Below are positions 9,203-19,334 of a DNA stretch of 64,000 bases, one piece after another. Position numbers and translations under genes: made by a program. This DNA comes from an uncultured Acidobacteriota bacterium. Its GTDB lineage: Bacteria > Acidobacteriota > UBA6911 > RPQK01 > JAPXNP01. The stretch is taken from positions 288,001 to 352,000 of the forward strand of contig CAVZRV010000029.1 in the NCBI GenBank assembly GCA_963777605.1, read 5' to 3'. The notes under the pieces are model-generated. The model made no database searches and was not told the DNA's origin. It worked only from the letters and a program-made list of their open reading frames with translations. Each line of letters begins with the position of its first letter. Positions within the stretch are counted from its first letter, which is position 1.

Positions 9203-11317
9203 TCAGTTGTGCGCGTCAACAACGTCCATCACCCACAGATCGCCTGTTTCCTCCGCCCACGTGAAATAGAAGTACTTACCGTCGCTGTCCACTCCCCATC
9301 CCAGGTGGCCCGTTCGTCCAGTCAGGTCAGTCAAACGAGCCTGACTGCCGTCCTCGACGGATATGCTCAACAAATCGTTGCCACCCCCATCCTGCGGAAC
9401 AAGGTAGACCTCCCTGGCATCCGGGGAAAACCGACCCGAGATCGAGGAAACGGGTTTTCTCCCGAAGGTATCGATCGCCCCTCCCTCCGCCGGGATGCGG
9501 CCGAGGTAGGACTCCGATCCCGACAGAACGAGTAACCAACGACCGTCGCGAGACCAGTCGTAAACGGTGTCATCTTCCGGTCCGAATGTGACTTGGCGCA
9601 GCTGACCGCTGTCCAGGCTCGCGATCCAGACATCCCGCTTGCCGCTACGCCGAGAGGTAAACGCGATTTCAGTTCCATTCGGCGACCAAATCGGGAGCAC
9701 CTCCTCCGCTGGGTGCGTCGTGATTGGCCTTGCCGGTCCGCCTCCGGACGGCATCAGCCAGATGTCTCGACTCCCGCCACGAAAGGAATAAAATGCAAGC
9801 AATCGTCCATCGGGAGACCAGCGCGGGCACCAATCGGGAGAACGGTCCGTTGTTAACCTCGACATTGATCCCCCGGCAGACGGCAGGACCCACAGGTCCT
9901 GGTTACCGCTACGGTCGGAACTCAGGGCGATCGAATTGCGATCAGGTGAAATGTTGAAGAATTGGATGAGGGCGTTATCGAAAGTCAGTTGCTCGGCGTC
10001 GGCCCAGTTTGGCACTTGATTTCCGGTAGATCGGGATGGAATTCGCCACAAATTGGCCACAGCGCGCCCCTGAGAATAGGCAATCCGCGTCCTGTCCGGC
10101 GAGAATACGGCCGAGCGGATTCCGATCCCGTTCGTAAGACGCTCAGCAGCGCCGTCCGGCACGCCGTCCTTCCTCAGGGACTGCCGCCAGAGGTCCATTG
10201 AGCCACCTCGGTTGGAGATGAAGTAGAGAATTTGACCATCTGGCGACCAGACCGGGTTTCTGTCGTTCGTTCTGCCATCGGTAACGGGATAAGGGGAGCC
10301 TTCACCAGACAACGGTACAGTAAATATCTGGGAAACTTCCGCAGCATCGCCATCGGCAGCGACGCAGGCAAACAGATCACCCTTCGGCGACCAAGCGAGA
10401 TCGAGACACGGATTGCCTTCGAGACGAGGCAGAGGTACTTGCCGGGTTTGCAGGTTCTGCAAAGAGACGATCTCTGCGTAATTGGACAGATGCTCCGAGA
10501 GGGCGACCGCAATCTCCCCTCCATCCGGCGACCACTGAGGTGGGCCCCGGTAATAGACGGGATCGATCGCCAAGGATGCCAGCCTTCGGGGGGCGCCGCC
10601 CACCGCAGCCATCAAATAGAGCCCCCAGACCTCACCATCCAGGGAAAGAAACGCGATCTCCCCGCCGTCGGGAGACCAACTGGGATAACGGTCCGGACCC
10701 GGCCGGCTCGCCGTCAAATTGACGGGCTCTCCATGTCCCGGCTGAACCACCCAAATATCCCAATTACCTGTCAGATCGGACTCGTACGCCAAGCGATCAG
10801 CTTTCGGGGACCAGGTCGCGCAATCCTCGATCCCGATCGCAGTCGTGAGTTGAACAGGGTTGGCGAATCGAGGCACACGCGAACCAGGCGTGGGGATGAG
10901 GTAGATCGCAGCGCCCGCCGTGATAGCAATGGTAGCCAGAACAGGCCAAATCACGAACCGACGCCGGGTGCCTGGAGATTTGATCGGATCCTGCTCAAGA
11001 TCGCGAACGGGTGCCACCAGCCGGTAGCCGCGCCGGGGAATCGTTTCGATATAGGACGGGTGTTTTGGGTCGTCTCCGAGCGAATGACGCAGCTTCCAGA
11101 TGGCGCTTGTGAGCACGTCGTCCGCGACGAACGTATCGGGCCAGACTCCCTGAATCAGTCGTTCCTTGGGGAGCACCTTGTCTGGGTGGGTCGCAAAATA
11201 AACCAGCAGATCCATCACCCGGGGCTCGAGCTGAACTTCCTTGCCATCAGTCGAAAGGACACCCCGGTCCGAGAAAACGCTCCATCTCCCGACCCGAAAG
11301 ACGACGTCCATTGCCAC
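9203..11317 (-). CDS. CadC/ToxR-like membrane-anchored regulator: OmpR/PhoB-type winged helix + TM + TolB/PD40 beta-propeller
   Basis: LEPRVMDLLVYF...YIETIPRRGYRLVAPV winged helix; TM VIWPVLATIAITAGAAIYLI; many (W/F)SPDG-type repeats. Confidence 0.9.
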   Translation of the reverse strand: MAMDVVFRVGRWSVFSDRGVLSTDGKEVQLEPRVMDLLVYFATHPDKVLPKERLIQGVWPDTFVADDVLTSAIWKLRHSLGDDPKHPSYIETIPRRGYRLVAPVRDLEQDPIKSPGTRRRFVIWPVLATIAITAGAAIYLIPTPGSRVPRFANPVQLTTAIGIEDCATWSPKADRLAYESDLTGNWDIWVVQPGHGEPVNLTASRPGPDRYPSWSPDGGEIAFLSLDGEVWGLYLMAAVGGAPRRLASLAIDPVYYRGPPQWSPDGGEIAVALSEHLSNYAEIVSLQNLQTRQVPLPRLEGNPCLDLAWSPKGDLFACVAADGDAAEVSQIFTVPLSGEGSPYPVTDGRTNDRNPVWSPDGQILYFISNRGGSMDLWRQSLRKDGVPDGAAERLTNGIGIRSAVFSPDRTRIAYSQGRAVANLWRIPSRSTGNQVPNWADAEQLTFDNALIQFFNISPDRNSIALSSDRSGNQDLWVLPSAGGSMSRLTTDRSPDWCPRWSPDGRLLAFYSFRGGSRDIWLMPSGGGPARPITTHPAEEVLPIWSPNGTEIAFTSRRSGKRDVWIASLDSGQLRQVTFGPEDDTVYDWSRDGRWLLVLSGSESYLGRIPAEGGAIDTFGRKPVSSISGRFSPDAREVYLVPQDGGGNDLLSISVEDGSQARLTDLTGRTGHLGWGVDSDGKYFYFTWAEETGDLWVMDVVDAHN

Positions 11318-11461
11318 TCCGTGTTAACGGTCCCGTGAATTCATGTTAGCAACCGCCTGCGAAAACCCCAAAAAATTTCGCGGCACACCTCTTGGCGAAT
11401 CGACCCCCACCCCTGACCCCCCGCCCTGAAGATAAGTGCACGAAAACCTTACTGCGCTGAT

Positions 11462-11541
11462 TCAAAAGCACTTAAGTAATCCGTTAACGTTCCTTCACCG
11501 AACCGTCAGAAACACTTCAGGCCGTCATCAAGACTCGCTCA
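11462..11541 (+). promoter_or_regulatory. 11-bp-phased TCA direct-repeat array (candidate winged-helix binding site)
   Basis: TCA at 11462, 11495, 11506, 11517, 11528 and 11539, with TAA at 11473 and TTA at 11484, all in exact 11-nt register. Confidence 0.7.
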
Positions 11542-11583
11542 GCACCCCGCCCCGATTCTTGGCCCATGCCAAGGAGAGCCACC

Positions 11584-12420
11584 ATGAAGAGTCTGAGCGA
11601 GCTTACAGTTTTGACCTTCGCTGTAGTCGTCGTAAACATATCAGCCATTGCCCAACCTGTCGAAATGCCCTTTCAACTCTACGGCCACCTGATTGTCGTC
11701 AAAGGCTCGGTCGATAGTGCGAGGGATCTGAACCTTGTGGTCGACACGGGAGCCTCTTATTCGGTTATCAGTAGACAGCTCTGCAGGACTCTGAAAATCC
11801 GAACCAGGAGAACAGAAGCCGTTTCCTACGGGAGCAGAGCCCAGTTTGAAATCGGCAGGCTCGAAGAAATCAGACTCGGCAGTACCACCTTTTCCGATGT
11901 CGAAGTTATGGTCGCCAATCTGAACATCGCAGATGGCCTTCGAGTCGATCTCCTGTTGGGACTGGATCTACTGAAGAGAAACAACCTGACGATCGACTAC
12001 CAAAAACAGACCCTGATCGTCGGCTCAGATGAGGAGTATTCTCAGAATGCCGGCTTTTACCCCAATCTTCCTTTCCTGCTGATCAAGCTGCAGGTCCAAG
12101 GCAAGTCATTGAACCTGATTCTCGATACCGGCTCGGCTAACCTGGTCCTGTTCGAGCAGAAGATCAAAGGTCGCCTCAAGTTGACCCACACCAGAGAGCG
12201 CCGGCGGATTGCACATGTCGCGGGTTATTTGACTCTGAAGAAGATTCTCGTGGATGACACTCACTTGGCCGACGCGTCCTTGGGAACCGTATCCGCGTAC
12301 CTGATGGCGGTACAGGCAGAAATGTATGGGGGAGCGGACGGTCTGTTCAGTCCCACTTCTCTGAAGCTGAGAAAGCTTCATCTCGACTTCACAAAACACC
12401 AAATCGGTTGGGAGCTTTGA
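11584..12420 (+). CDS. Secreted retropepsin-like aspartyl protease with two catalytic lobes
   Basis: Signal peptide; VVDTGAS...LLGLD and ILDTGSA...GLFS motifs; AGGAG before ATG 11584. Confidence 0.88.
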   Translation: MKSLSELTVLTFAVVVVNISAIAQPVEMPFQLYGHLIVVKGSVDSARDLNLVVDTGASYSVISRQLCRTLKIRTRRTEAVSYGSRAQFEIGRLEEIRLGSTTFSDVEVMVANLNIADGLRVDLLLGLDLLKRNNLTIDYQKQTLIVGSDEEYSQNAGFYPNLPFLLIKLQVQGKSLNLILDTGSANLVLFEQKIKGRLKLTHTRERRRIAHVAGYLTLKKILVDDTHLADASLGTVSAYLMAVQAEMYGGADGLFSPTSLKLRKLHLDFTKHQIGWEL

Positions 12421-12584
12421 CCGGAAAGTATTGGCGGAGGCCTGTCGAGGACTTCGGCGGAAACGGCATCGGAAAACCGCGCCGGGTGGTCCGCTCCGAC
12501 CCGGTCTTCCAACGCCGGGGGAAACGGGCAAGTCTCGCTGTAATTCGCTCTGATTTGTCGCGTCCAGATAATGCAGACAGGAAG

Positions 12585-12735
12585 GAAGGGGCGAGGGCGC
12601 GGCGAGTGCTCCCACAGATTCAGGTGCTGAAGGATCTTGCGGATGACGCTCCACCGTTCAATGGAAGCAATGATCTGCATCTGATGTCCGCAGCCAGGAC
12701 AGCGCATCGGTGACGAGGTTTCCCCCACATCCGAG
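12585..12735 (-). mobile_element. Remnant of the C-terminus of an IS91-family-like (HUH/Y2) transposase
   Basis: PMRCPGCGHQMQIIASIERWSVIRKILQHLNLWEHSPRPRP resembles the CPxCG...MxIIAxI...VIRKILxHLxLW tail of these transposases; the rest of the gene is absent. Confidence 0.6.
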
Positions 12736-12912
12736 TTCTCCCAGCAGTGACTCGAGAATCTCGAGGTGTCTGCGGCCCGGCTCGACGAGCTGAACGCTCG
12801 GCCATTCCAGCCCTGAGGAATCCAGGCGGCAGCTGCCGCCCAGCCCCTCCAACCGGCACCCAAGATCGATGATTGCTGTTCGCCAGGTCTATGTTTACGA
12901 TTAAGGGCAGCG

Positions 12913-13929
12913 ATGAGAGCCATCAAGCGCCTGCCGATTTTGATAATTGCCCTCTCTTGCATGAACGCTTTTTCCTATTCCGTCGGGGAAGTGAGGGCTG
13001 CCTCGGACGTAGCCACGATCGCTCAGGTCCGCTCTCATCATCAGGGCCTTGCCGTCTGGTGGACCGGAAATGCGGGATGGCTGATCAAGGCAGACGATTT
13101 CCTTATCGGAATCGACCTCGACCTGGGGACGCAGAACAAAATAGAACCCCCACCCGTTCGGGCCGAAGAGCTGGCGTCGGAACTGGATCTTGCGATCGTG
13201 ACTCATCACCACGGCGATCACTGCCACACGCCCACGATCAGGGCTCTTGCCCAGGGCAACCGGACGCGTTTCGTCCTCCCCCCGAAGTGTCTGGTTCAAG
13301 TCGGCACCGGCATCATCGATCCGGATCGCGTGCTGATTCCGAATCCCGGGGAACCCTTTGAGCTCGGGGATCTCCTCGTCGAACCGATCCACGCGATTCA
13401 CGGAAACCAGGACTTTACCGTACTCACGCGGGAGCCGGACTTCGTCGAATCCATCGGCCGCAGCTGCGGCTACGTGCTGACAATCCTCGGCACGCGCTTT
13501 CTCCATCCGGGAGATTCAGTCCTCACGGAAGAGCACCTCGGGTTGAAGGATATCGACGTTCTTTTCGTTTCACCGACTGTCCACAACATGTACGTGGATC
13601 GTTCGATGATCCTGATCAATCGCCTTCAGCCGCGATTCATCTTCCCCCAGCACTTCGGGACCTACCGGGTAACCGAAGAAAATGCGTTCTGGACGCGCGG
13701 CTATCCCGACGAACTGAAGCTGCGCCTCTCGAAGGAGCTTCAGGGCCGCTATCACAAGCTCGCTCTGGGTCAGAGGTTTCAAATCACCCTGTCGCCGGCA
13801 TATTCGAGATCGACCCCCTCGGTCGAGTCCATGACTACCACGCGAACTATTACCGGAATTTTGAAGGCGACTGGAACTGCCCCGGTCTGCAAGCTACTGC
13901 GAAGCGCGGCGCCAAAGGTTATGAGGTGA
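12913..13929 (+). CDS. Secreted MBL-fold metallo-hydrolase (UlaG-like)
   Basis: THHHGDH, PIHAIH, HPGDS and PQHFGT motifs; N-terminal signal peptide. The last ~40 aa may not be genuine. Confidence 0.88.
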   Translation: MRAIKRLPILIIALSCMNAFSYSVGEVRAASDVATIAQVRSHHQGLAVWWTGNAGWLIKADDFLIGIDLDLGTQNKIEPPPVRAEELASELDLAIVTHHHGDHCHTPTIRALAQGNRTRFVLPPKCLVQVGTGIIDPDRVLIPNPGEPFELGDLLVEPIHAIHGNQDFTVLTREPDFVESIGRSCGYVLTILGTRFLHPGDSVLTEEHLGLKDIDVLFVSPTVHNMYVDRSMILINRLQPRFIFPQHFGTYRVTEENAFWTRGYPDELKLRLSKELQGRYHKLALGQRFQITLSPAYSRSTPSVESMTTTRTITGILKATGTAPVCKLLRSAAPKVMR

Positions 13930-14207
13930 CCGGAAGCGTCGGGTTGCAGACTCTCTCCGATCTTCTCGGATTGCCAGTCCAGCGCGGTACAGAGATTCGC
14001 CTCGGGCTGTTCCGAGCGGACTTTTTCGGCCCACCGGGCGTTACCCGAGGAGAGTCGGCAACAAACTGGATTAGTTGGGTGCGGCCAAGCTCGCCCCAGC
14101 CAGACTTCCACATTCCCAGCGCTTTTGGCCTGTGGAAAGTGCCGTAGGCGCCAGTGTTCTGACGCAGTTGGAAAAGATGCACTCTCGAGCGGAGTGCCGG
14201 GGGGTTC

Positions 14208-15605
14208 ATGAAAAGCCGAATCATCGCCTTCGAATGCCATTACCTGTTCACGTTTCTAGTTGCTCTGGTTGTGGCGCTGGCCTCGCTCACTTCTGTGTCT
14301 GCCCAGTCCAATCCGCGCCTGATCGTTTTGACCGACATCGGGGGTGACCCCGACGACCAGCAGGCGATGGTCCGCCTGATGCTCTACAGCAATGAATTCG
14401 ACATCGAAGGCCTGATCGCCACGGCTTCCGGGACGCCGGGAGAGCTGAAAGAACGGATCACGCAGCCTCAGTTGATTCGCGAGATCGTCGAGGCCTACGG
14501 CAGAGTCCGGGATAGCCTGGTTCGACACGCTCCACACTATCCTCCGGCTGAGCAGCTGCTTGCGGTGATCAAAGAAGGCAATCCCAACCGGGGACTCGAG
14601 GCCATCGGTGAAGGGCAGGATACGGAAGGCTCGCGCTGGATCATCGAGTGCGCCGACCGAGCCGATCCGCGACCGCTCAACATTGCAATCTGGGGCGGAC
14701 AAACCGATCTGGCCCAAGCCTTGTGGCGGGTCCGGCAGGAGCGGGGTGATCCGGGGCTGGCAAAATTCATCGCAAACCTGCGTGTGTTCGACATCGACGA
14801 TCAGGACCACATCGAGCACTGGATCTTTGAGCAATTCCCCGACCTGTTCTACGTCCTGGCGAAGGCTCCCGAGGGTCAGGACAAGCGTGAAGGTGCCTAT
14901 CGGGGCATGTATCTGGGGGGCGACGAGTCATTGACCTCGCGTGAATGGATCGATCAAAATCTGCGTACCGGTCACGGCCCACTCGGGGCTCTCTATCCAC
15001 CCAAGACCTGGACGGCGCCCAATCCCCACGGCGCCCTCAAGGAAGGAGACACTCCGTCCTGGTTTTACTTTCTGCCCAACGGCCTGGGCGATCCGGCTCA
15101 CCCGGAGTGGGGCGGCTGGGGCGGCCGCTATCTTCGGTCCTCACACGGCTTGTTTCGCGACGCCCAGGATCAGGTCGGCGACACGACCAGTGCTCGTGCC
15201 ACGGTCTGGCGCTGGCGGCCGGCCTTCCAGAACGAGTTTGCCGCCCGTATGGACTGGTCGGTCCGCCCGTACGAGCAGTGCAATCATTCTCCCGTGGCCG
15301 TCCTCAACCAGGACGCGAGCCGGGACATTCTCCGCTTATCGGCGCGAGCCGGAGAGAACGTTGAGCTTTCCGCTGCCGGCAGCAGCGATCCGGATGGCGA
15401 CGATCTGGAATTCACCTGGTTGGTTTACCCGGAGGCCGGTACCTATGAGGGCCGGGTCAAGCTTCGCGGGGTAGACGCAGATACCACACACTTGACGGTT
15501 CCCTCGGACGCTGCCGGGACGGAGATTCACGTCATTCTCGAAGTGCGCGATGACGGAAGCCCTCCCCTGACCAGCTTCCGCCGAGTCGTCATCCGGGTTC
15601 AATGA
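14208..15605 (+). CDS. DUF1593 (Sde182-like nucleoside-hydrolase-like) secreted protein with C-terminal Ig-like domain
   Basis: RLIVLTDIGGDPDDQQAMVRLMLYSNEFDIEGLIAT, EGDTPSW, WGGWGGRY, FAARMDW and SSDPDGD. Confidence 0.9.
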   Translation: MKSRIIAFECHYLFTFLVALVVALASLTSVSAQSNPRLIVLTDIGGDPDDQQAMVRLMLYSNEFDIEGLIATASGTPGELKERITQPQLIREIVEAYGRVRDSLVRHAPHYPPAEQLLAVIKEGNPNRGLEAIGEGQDTEGSRWIIECADRADPRPLNIAIWGGQTDLAQALWRVRQERGDPGLAKFIANLRVFDIDDQDHIEHWIFEQFPDLFYVLAKAPEGQDKREGAYRGMYLGGDESLTSREWIDQNLRTGHGPLGALYPPKTWTAPNPHGALKEGDTPSWFYFLPNGLGDPAHPEWGGWGGRYLRSSHGLFRDAQDQVGDTTSARATVWRWRPAFQNEFAARMDWSVRPYEQCNHSPVAVLNQDASRDILRLSARAGENVELSAAGSSDPDGDDLEFTWLVYPEAGTYEGRVKLRGVDADTTHLTVPSDAAGTEIHVILEVRDDGSPPLTSFRRVVIRVQ

Positions 15606-15606
15606 C

Positions 15607-15633
15607 GCCGTGCTCGCTGACACTCGCTTACTG
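15607..15633 (+). repeat. REP-like short repeat, family D copy 1
   Basis: GCCGTGCTCGCTGACACTCGCTTACTG directly after a stop codon; similar to GCCGCGCTCGCTGACACTCGCGTTCTG at 39725-39751. Confidence 0.5.
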
Positions 15634-15670
15634 CATGCTCGGGAATCACGATTGTCAACTGGGACTCGGC

Positions 15671-15693
15671 AAGTTTCACTCTCTGAATGGTCC
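15671..15693 (+). repeat. 23-nt dispersed motif, copy 1 of 3
   Basis: AAGTTTCACTCTCTGAATGGTCC; other copies at 19276-19298 and 44714-44736. Confidence 0.7.
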
Positions 15694-15865
15694 GGCGCCG
15701 CCGGGGGCAAGTCCTGACAGGATGCCTGCTGGGAGTTTATTGAAGAGTAACGGGACTGTATTCTTAGACATTCCTGGACGACGATCAGGAATCACCAGGT
15801 TGTCCGCCGGTGGATCGACCGGCGCGGAGAAACGTGGTGAGGAATTGAAAAGGAGACCATCGAAC

Positions 15866-16492
15866 ATGACGCACCGGTGCCGGACTGGCTGAAGTGGGCT
15901 CGGGAGATTCAGGCCCTGGCTCAAACAGGACTGCATTTCTCGGAAACCGAGTACCATCGACACCGGTATACGAGGCTTGCCGAGATTGCCGCGGAAATGG
16001 TCGCGTCCGGTTCCGGTCAGGAAATCGATCGACTCCGGGCCGATTTTATGGAGCAACCGGGATACGCGACCCCGAAAGTGGATGTTCGCGGGGCCGTCTT
16101 CCGGAACGGGCAACTCCTCCTGGTTCAGGAAAGGTCGGACGAGCGGTGGTGTCTTCCCGGAGGTTGGGCTGACGTTAGGGGAGTCCCCCGCTGAGATGGT
16201 TGCCCGGGAGGTACTGGAAGAGAGTGGCTTCGAGGTTCGCCCGACAAAGCTCATCGGCGTTTACGATGCCAACCGGAGTGGAACCCCGCTGGCTTTCTAC
16301 CATGCCTACAAGCTGGTCTTCCGGTGCGAGATACTCGGAGGCGAAGCCGGCCCCAGCGAAGAGACGCTCGACGCCCGCTTCTTCGACCGTGACCAGGTGC
16401 CGCCGCTTTCGAATCAGCGGACGGGTGTTCGTCACCTTAACGACGTCTGGGCGCACTTCGACGATCCCATCCGGATTGCCGAATTTGATTGA
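15866..16492 (+). CDS. NUDIX hydrolase (Nudix_N + NUDIX domain), split by an apparent frameshift at ~16176
   Basis: WLKWAREIQALAQTGL and GYATPKVDVRG, then Nudix box GGWADV/GESPAEMVAREVLEESG across a +1 indel. AGGAGA precedes ATG 15866, which is itself one base off frame from GTG 15877. Confidence 0.85.
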
Positions 16493-16591
16493 GACACTTC
16501 AGGTACTTGCGGAAGTACCCGGAGAAAAGGGAGGATATTTAGATAGGGTGTTTGGATCGACCAGCTGATTGCGAAGCGGTTGCAGGGAATT

Positions 16592-18994
16592 ATGACTGAT
16601 CCTGATCAGGAGACGGGTTGGGAAGCCGCCCGGCACAAAGAGTCCAGGACAGCGGAAGGCACTGCAGTTCCTAATCCGCGGCAAGGTCTGCCCTCTCGTG
16701 TGGAAGTCCTCTCGAAGGTGCTCGACTTGATTCCCCAGGCGGTCTTCTGGAAAGACTCCAACTCCGTCTATCTTGGCTGCAACGAGACTTTTTCCCGGGC
16801 GGTCGGGTTGGAGCACCCGGACCTTGTGGCAGGCAAGACCGACTTTGAGCTGTGCTGGCCAAAGAACGAGGCGGAAGCTTATCGTAATGACGATCTCGAG
16901 GTGATGCGAAGCGGCATCTCCAAGGAACACATCCTCGAGCCTCTCCAGCAGGCCGATGGAACCCGCCGCTGGATCGACACGACTAAGGTTCCCGTGCGGG
17001 ATGTCAGCGGGCAGGTCGTCGGCGTGCTCGGGATCTTCGATGACGTCACGTCCCAAAAAGCAGTTGAGGCGGAACTTGGACGCTCGACGCAGGACCTTAA
17101 CCGTTTTTTTTCTCTTGCCATCGACCTGTTCTGTATCGCCGACGCACACGGGAGATTGATACGGGTCAGCAACGCCTGGGAGACGACGCTCGGTTATCCA
17201 GTCAATGAACTCGAGGGGAGGATGGTCCTCGACTTCGTTCATCCCGATGACCGTGAACGGACTGCGGATGTTGTCGGCGCGCTGGCAAGCAGCCAGCCTG
17301 TCCGGGGGTTCGTGAATCGGTACTTGTGTAGAGACGGTTCGATTCGCTGGCTGGAATGGCGCTCCACCGGGTTTCAGGGGAAGTTGATTTACGCGGCCGC
17401 ACGAGACATTACAGAATCCCTGGCTGCCCAGAACCACATTCGCGAACAAAGCGGGTTTCGCAAGGCGATCATCGAGAGGGTTGCTGAAGGGTTGTGCGTC
17501 TGCCATGACGTGGCCGACCATCCGTTTGTCCGCTTCACGGTCTGGAACAGCCGGATGGCTGAGATTACGGGCTACAGCATGGACGAGATCAACCGGTTCG
17601 GCTGGTACCAGAGCCTCTACCCCGACCCGGAAGTCCAGGAACGGGCTCGAAACCGGATGGCGGAAATGCGCCTCGGCAACGATCTGATCGGCGAGGAGTG
17701 GGAGATTAAACGAAAGGACGGTTCGAAGCGCCTGATTTCGATCTCGACCTCCGTCGTCGTCACCCAGGACAGCACCCCTCATGTCCTGGGCTTAATGCAC
17801 GACTTGACCGAGCGAAGGAGGGCTGAGCGGGAGCGGCAGGAGTTGGAGGCCCAGATGCAGCACGTTCAAAAGCTGGAGAGTCTGGGCGTTCTGGCGGGGG
17901 GAATTGCACACGACTTCAACAATCTGCTGATGACCATACTCGGCAATGCCGATCTCGCACTGCAGGAACTGCCCGGTGAATCTCCGGCTCGCCCATACCT
18001 GGAGAGCGTTGAGTCGGCCTCGAACCGGGCGTCCGATCTCTGTCGCCAGATGTTGGCTTACGCAGGCAGAGGACGCTTCATCGTGGAGCCGATCGATCTG
18101 AATTCGGTCGTGCGGAACATGACCCGGATGCTCACCGTTTCGATTTCCAAGAAAGCCGAACTCAAGTGTGAACTGGCCGATGCCTTGCCGATTGTCGATG
18201 GAGATGCTACCCAGTTGGACCAGGTCCTGATGAACCTGGTGACCAATGCCTCCGACGCGCTCCAGGACCGATCGGGAATAATCACGATCCGGACCGGAAT
18301 CTCTCGATTCGGTGAGGAACCGGCGGTCGAGGAGTTTGGCGAAAGTTCGTTGCGAAACGGTGAATGTGTCTACCTCGAGGTGGAAGACACCGGATGCGGG
18401 ATGTCCCCAACGGTCCGAAAGCGCATCTTCGACCCCTTTTTCTCGACCAAGTTCACAGGGCGTGGCCTCGGCCTGGCCGCAGTCCTCGGTATTGTTCGGG
18501 GGCATGGGGGAGGGATCAGGGTGGACTCGGAGCCCGGCCGGGGTACCCTGATCAGGATCCTTTTGCCGGGTTCGCAACAAAGCGCCGAACAATCGGAAGA
18601 AGTCCGAGTGGACGCCCCGGAATGGAGGGGCAACGGCATGATTCTGATCGTCGATGACGAAGAGCCGGTCCGCCAAATCTGCAGCGAGATGGTCTCCCGG
18701 CTTGGGTTCGACGTGATGACAGCGCGGAACGGGCGCGACGCGTTACGCCTCTATCAGACCCACAGAAGCCAGATCCGTTGCGTCCTGCTCGATCTCACTA
18801 TGCCCGAAATGGACGGGGAGGAGACCTACCGGGAATTAATCCGGCTCGATCCCGAGGTTTGCGTGATCCTCTCCAGCGGTTATGACGAACAGGACGTCTT
18901 TCAACGTTTCGGGGGAGATGGCCCCTTGGGATTCATTCAGAAGCCCTACCAGATCGATCACCTCAGGCAGCGGCTCCAGTCGGTCCTGACCTGA
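16592..18994 (+). CDS. Cytoplasmic multi-PAS hybrid sensor histidine kinase/response regulator (CckA-like)
   Basis: Three PAS/PAC units; H-box AHDFNN; N-box NLVTNASDA; DTGCGM, FFSTK, GRGLGL; receiver VDDE...LDLTMP...KP; no TM segments. Confidence 0.93.
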   Translation: MTDPDQETGWEAARHKESRTAEGTAVPNPRQGLPSRVEVLSKVLDLIPQAVFWKDSNSVYLGCNETFSRAVGLEHPDLVAGKTDFELCWPKNEAEAYRNDDLEVMRSGISKEHILEPLQQADGTRRWIDTTKVPVRDVSGQVVGVLGIFDDVTSQKAVEAELGRSTQDLNRFFSLAIDLFCIADAHGRLIRVSNAWETTLGYPVNELEGRMVLDFVHPDDRERTADVVGALASSQPVRGFVNRYLCRDGSIRWLEWRSTGFQGKLIYAAARDITESLAAQNHIREQSGFRKAIIERVAEGLCVCHDVADHPFVRFTVWNSRMAEITGYSMDEINRFGWYQSLYPDPEVQERARNRMAEMRLGNDLIGEEWEIKRKDGSKRLISISTSVVVTQDSTPHVLGLMHDLTERRRAERERQELEAQMQHVQKLESLGVLAGGIAHDFNNLLMTILGNADLALQELPGESPARPYLESVESASNRASDLCRQMLAYAGRGRFIVEPIDLNSVVRNMTRMLTVSISKKAELKCELADALPIVDGDATQLDQVLMNLVTNASDALQDRSGIITIRTGISRFGEEPAVEEFGESSLRNGECVYLEVEDTGCGMSPTVRKRIFDPFFSTKFTGRGLGLAAVLGIVRGHGGGIRVDSEPGRGTLIRILLPGSQQSAEQSEEVRVDAPEWRGNGMILIVDDEEPVRQICSEMVSRLGFDVMTARNGRDALRLYQTHRSQIRCVLLDLTMPEMDGEETYRELIRLDPEVCVILSSGYDEQDVFQRFGGDGPLGFIQKPYQIDHLRQRLQSVLT

Positions 18995-19012
18995 AACTTC
19001 AATCGAGATGAG

Positions 19013-19040
19013 TTCCTGGTTCCTGGTTTCTCGTTTCTGG
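19013..19040 (+). repeat. Heptamer tandem repeat (TTYCTSG x4)
   Basis: TTCCTGG TTCCTGG TTTCTCG TTTCTGG, starting 19 nt after the kinase stop codon. Confidence 0.7.
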
Positions 19041-19042
19041 AG

Positions 19043-19255
19043 GGAAAGTAATCCAGGCATCCCTGCCTGAAATGGCGGCCGGGCAGCTTGCCCGGCGGAA
19101 GTGAACCTTCTCAATCCAGGATTCTTGATTTCCGGGTTTTTCTGAAACCGTCCGCCGCCGGGACTGAATCGCACTTTCAGTGCTGCATTGCCGTCTTGGC
19201 TCCGATTCCCGGGGCGTTACCGCCGGGCTGGAAATGACCCTGCGCCGTTGGCGCG
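19043..19255 (+). repeat. Composite REP/BIME-like element A, copy 1
   Basis: Hairpins CAGGCA-TCCC-TGCCTG and GCCGGGCAGCTTGCCCGGC, then TGAATCGCACTTTCAG...CCCGGGGCGTTACCGCCGGG...GCGCCGTTGGCGC; homologous to 24366-24625 and 45105-45197. Confidence 0.85.
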
Positions 19256-19334
19256 CTCATCTGGCGATGCTCCACCAGTTTCACTCTTTGAATGATCCGC
19301 GGAGGGCGCGGCGGCGGGGCTGACTTGAGATCCG

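Noticed and set aside
8977-9264. ORF with a signal-peptide-like segment (MLIFGLLLAGNAAHAG)
   Set aside because: Overlaps the convergent regulator's 3' end and has no recognisable domain; at best a truncated remnant.
19043-19298. Repeat clusters considered as a CRISPR array or integron attC sites
   Set aside because: No regular repeat-spacer periodicity, no cas genes, no integron integrase and no RYYYAAC/GTTRRRY-bounded cassettes.
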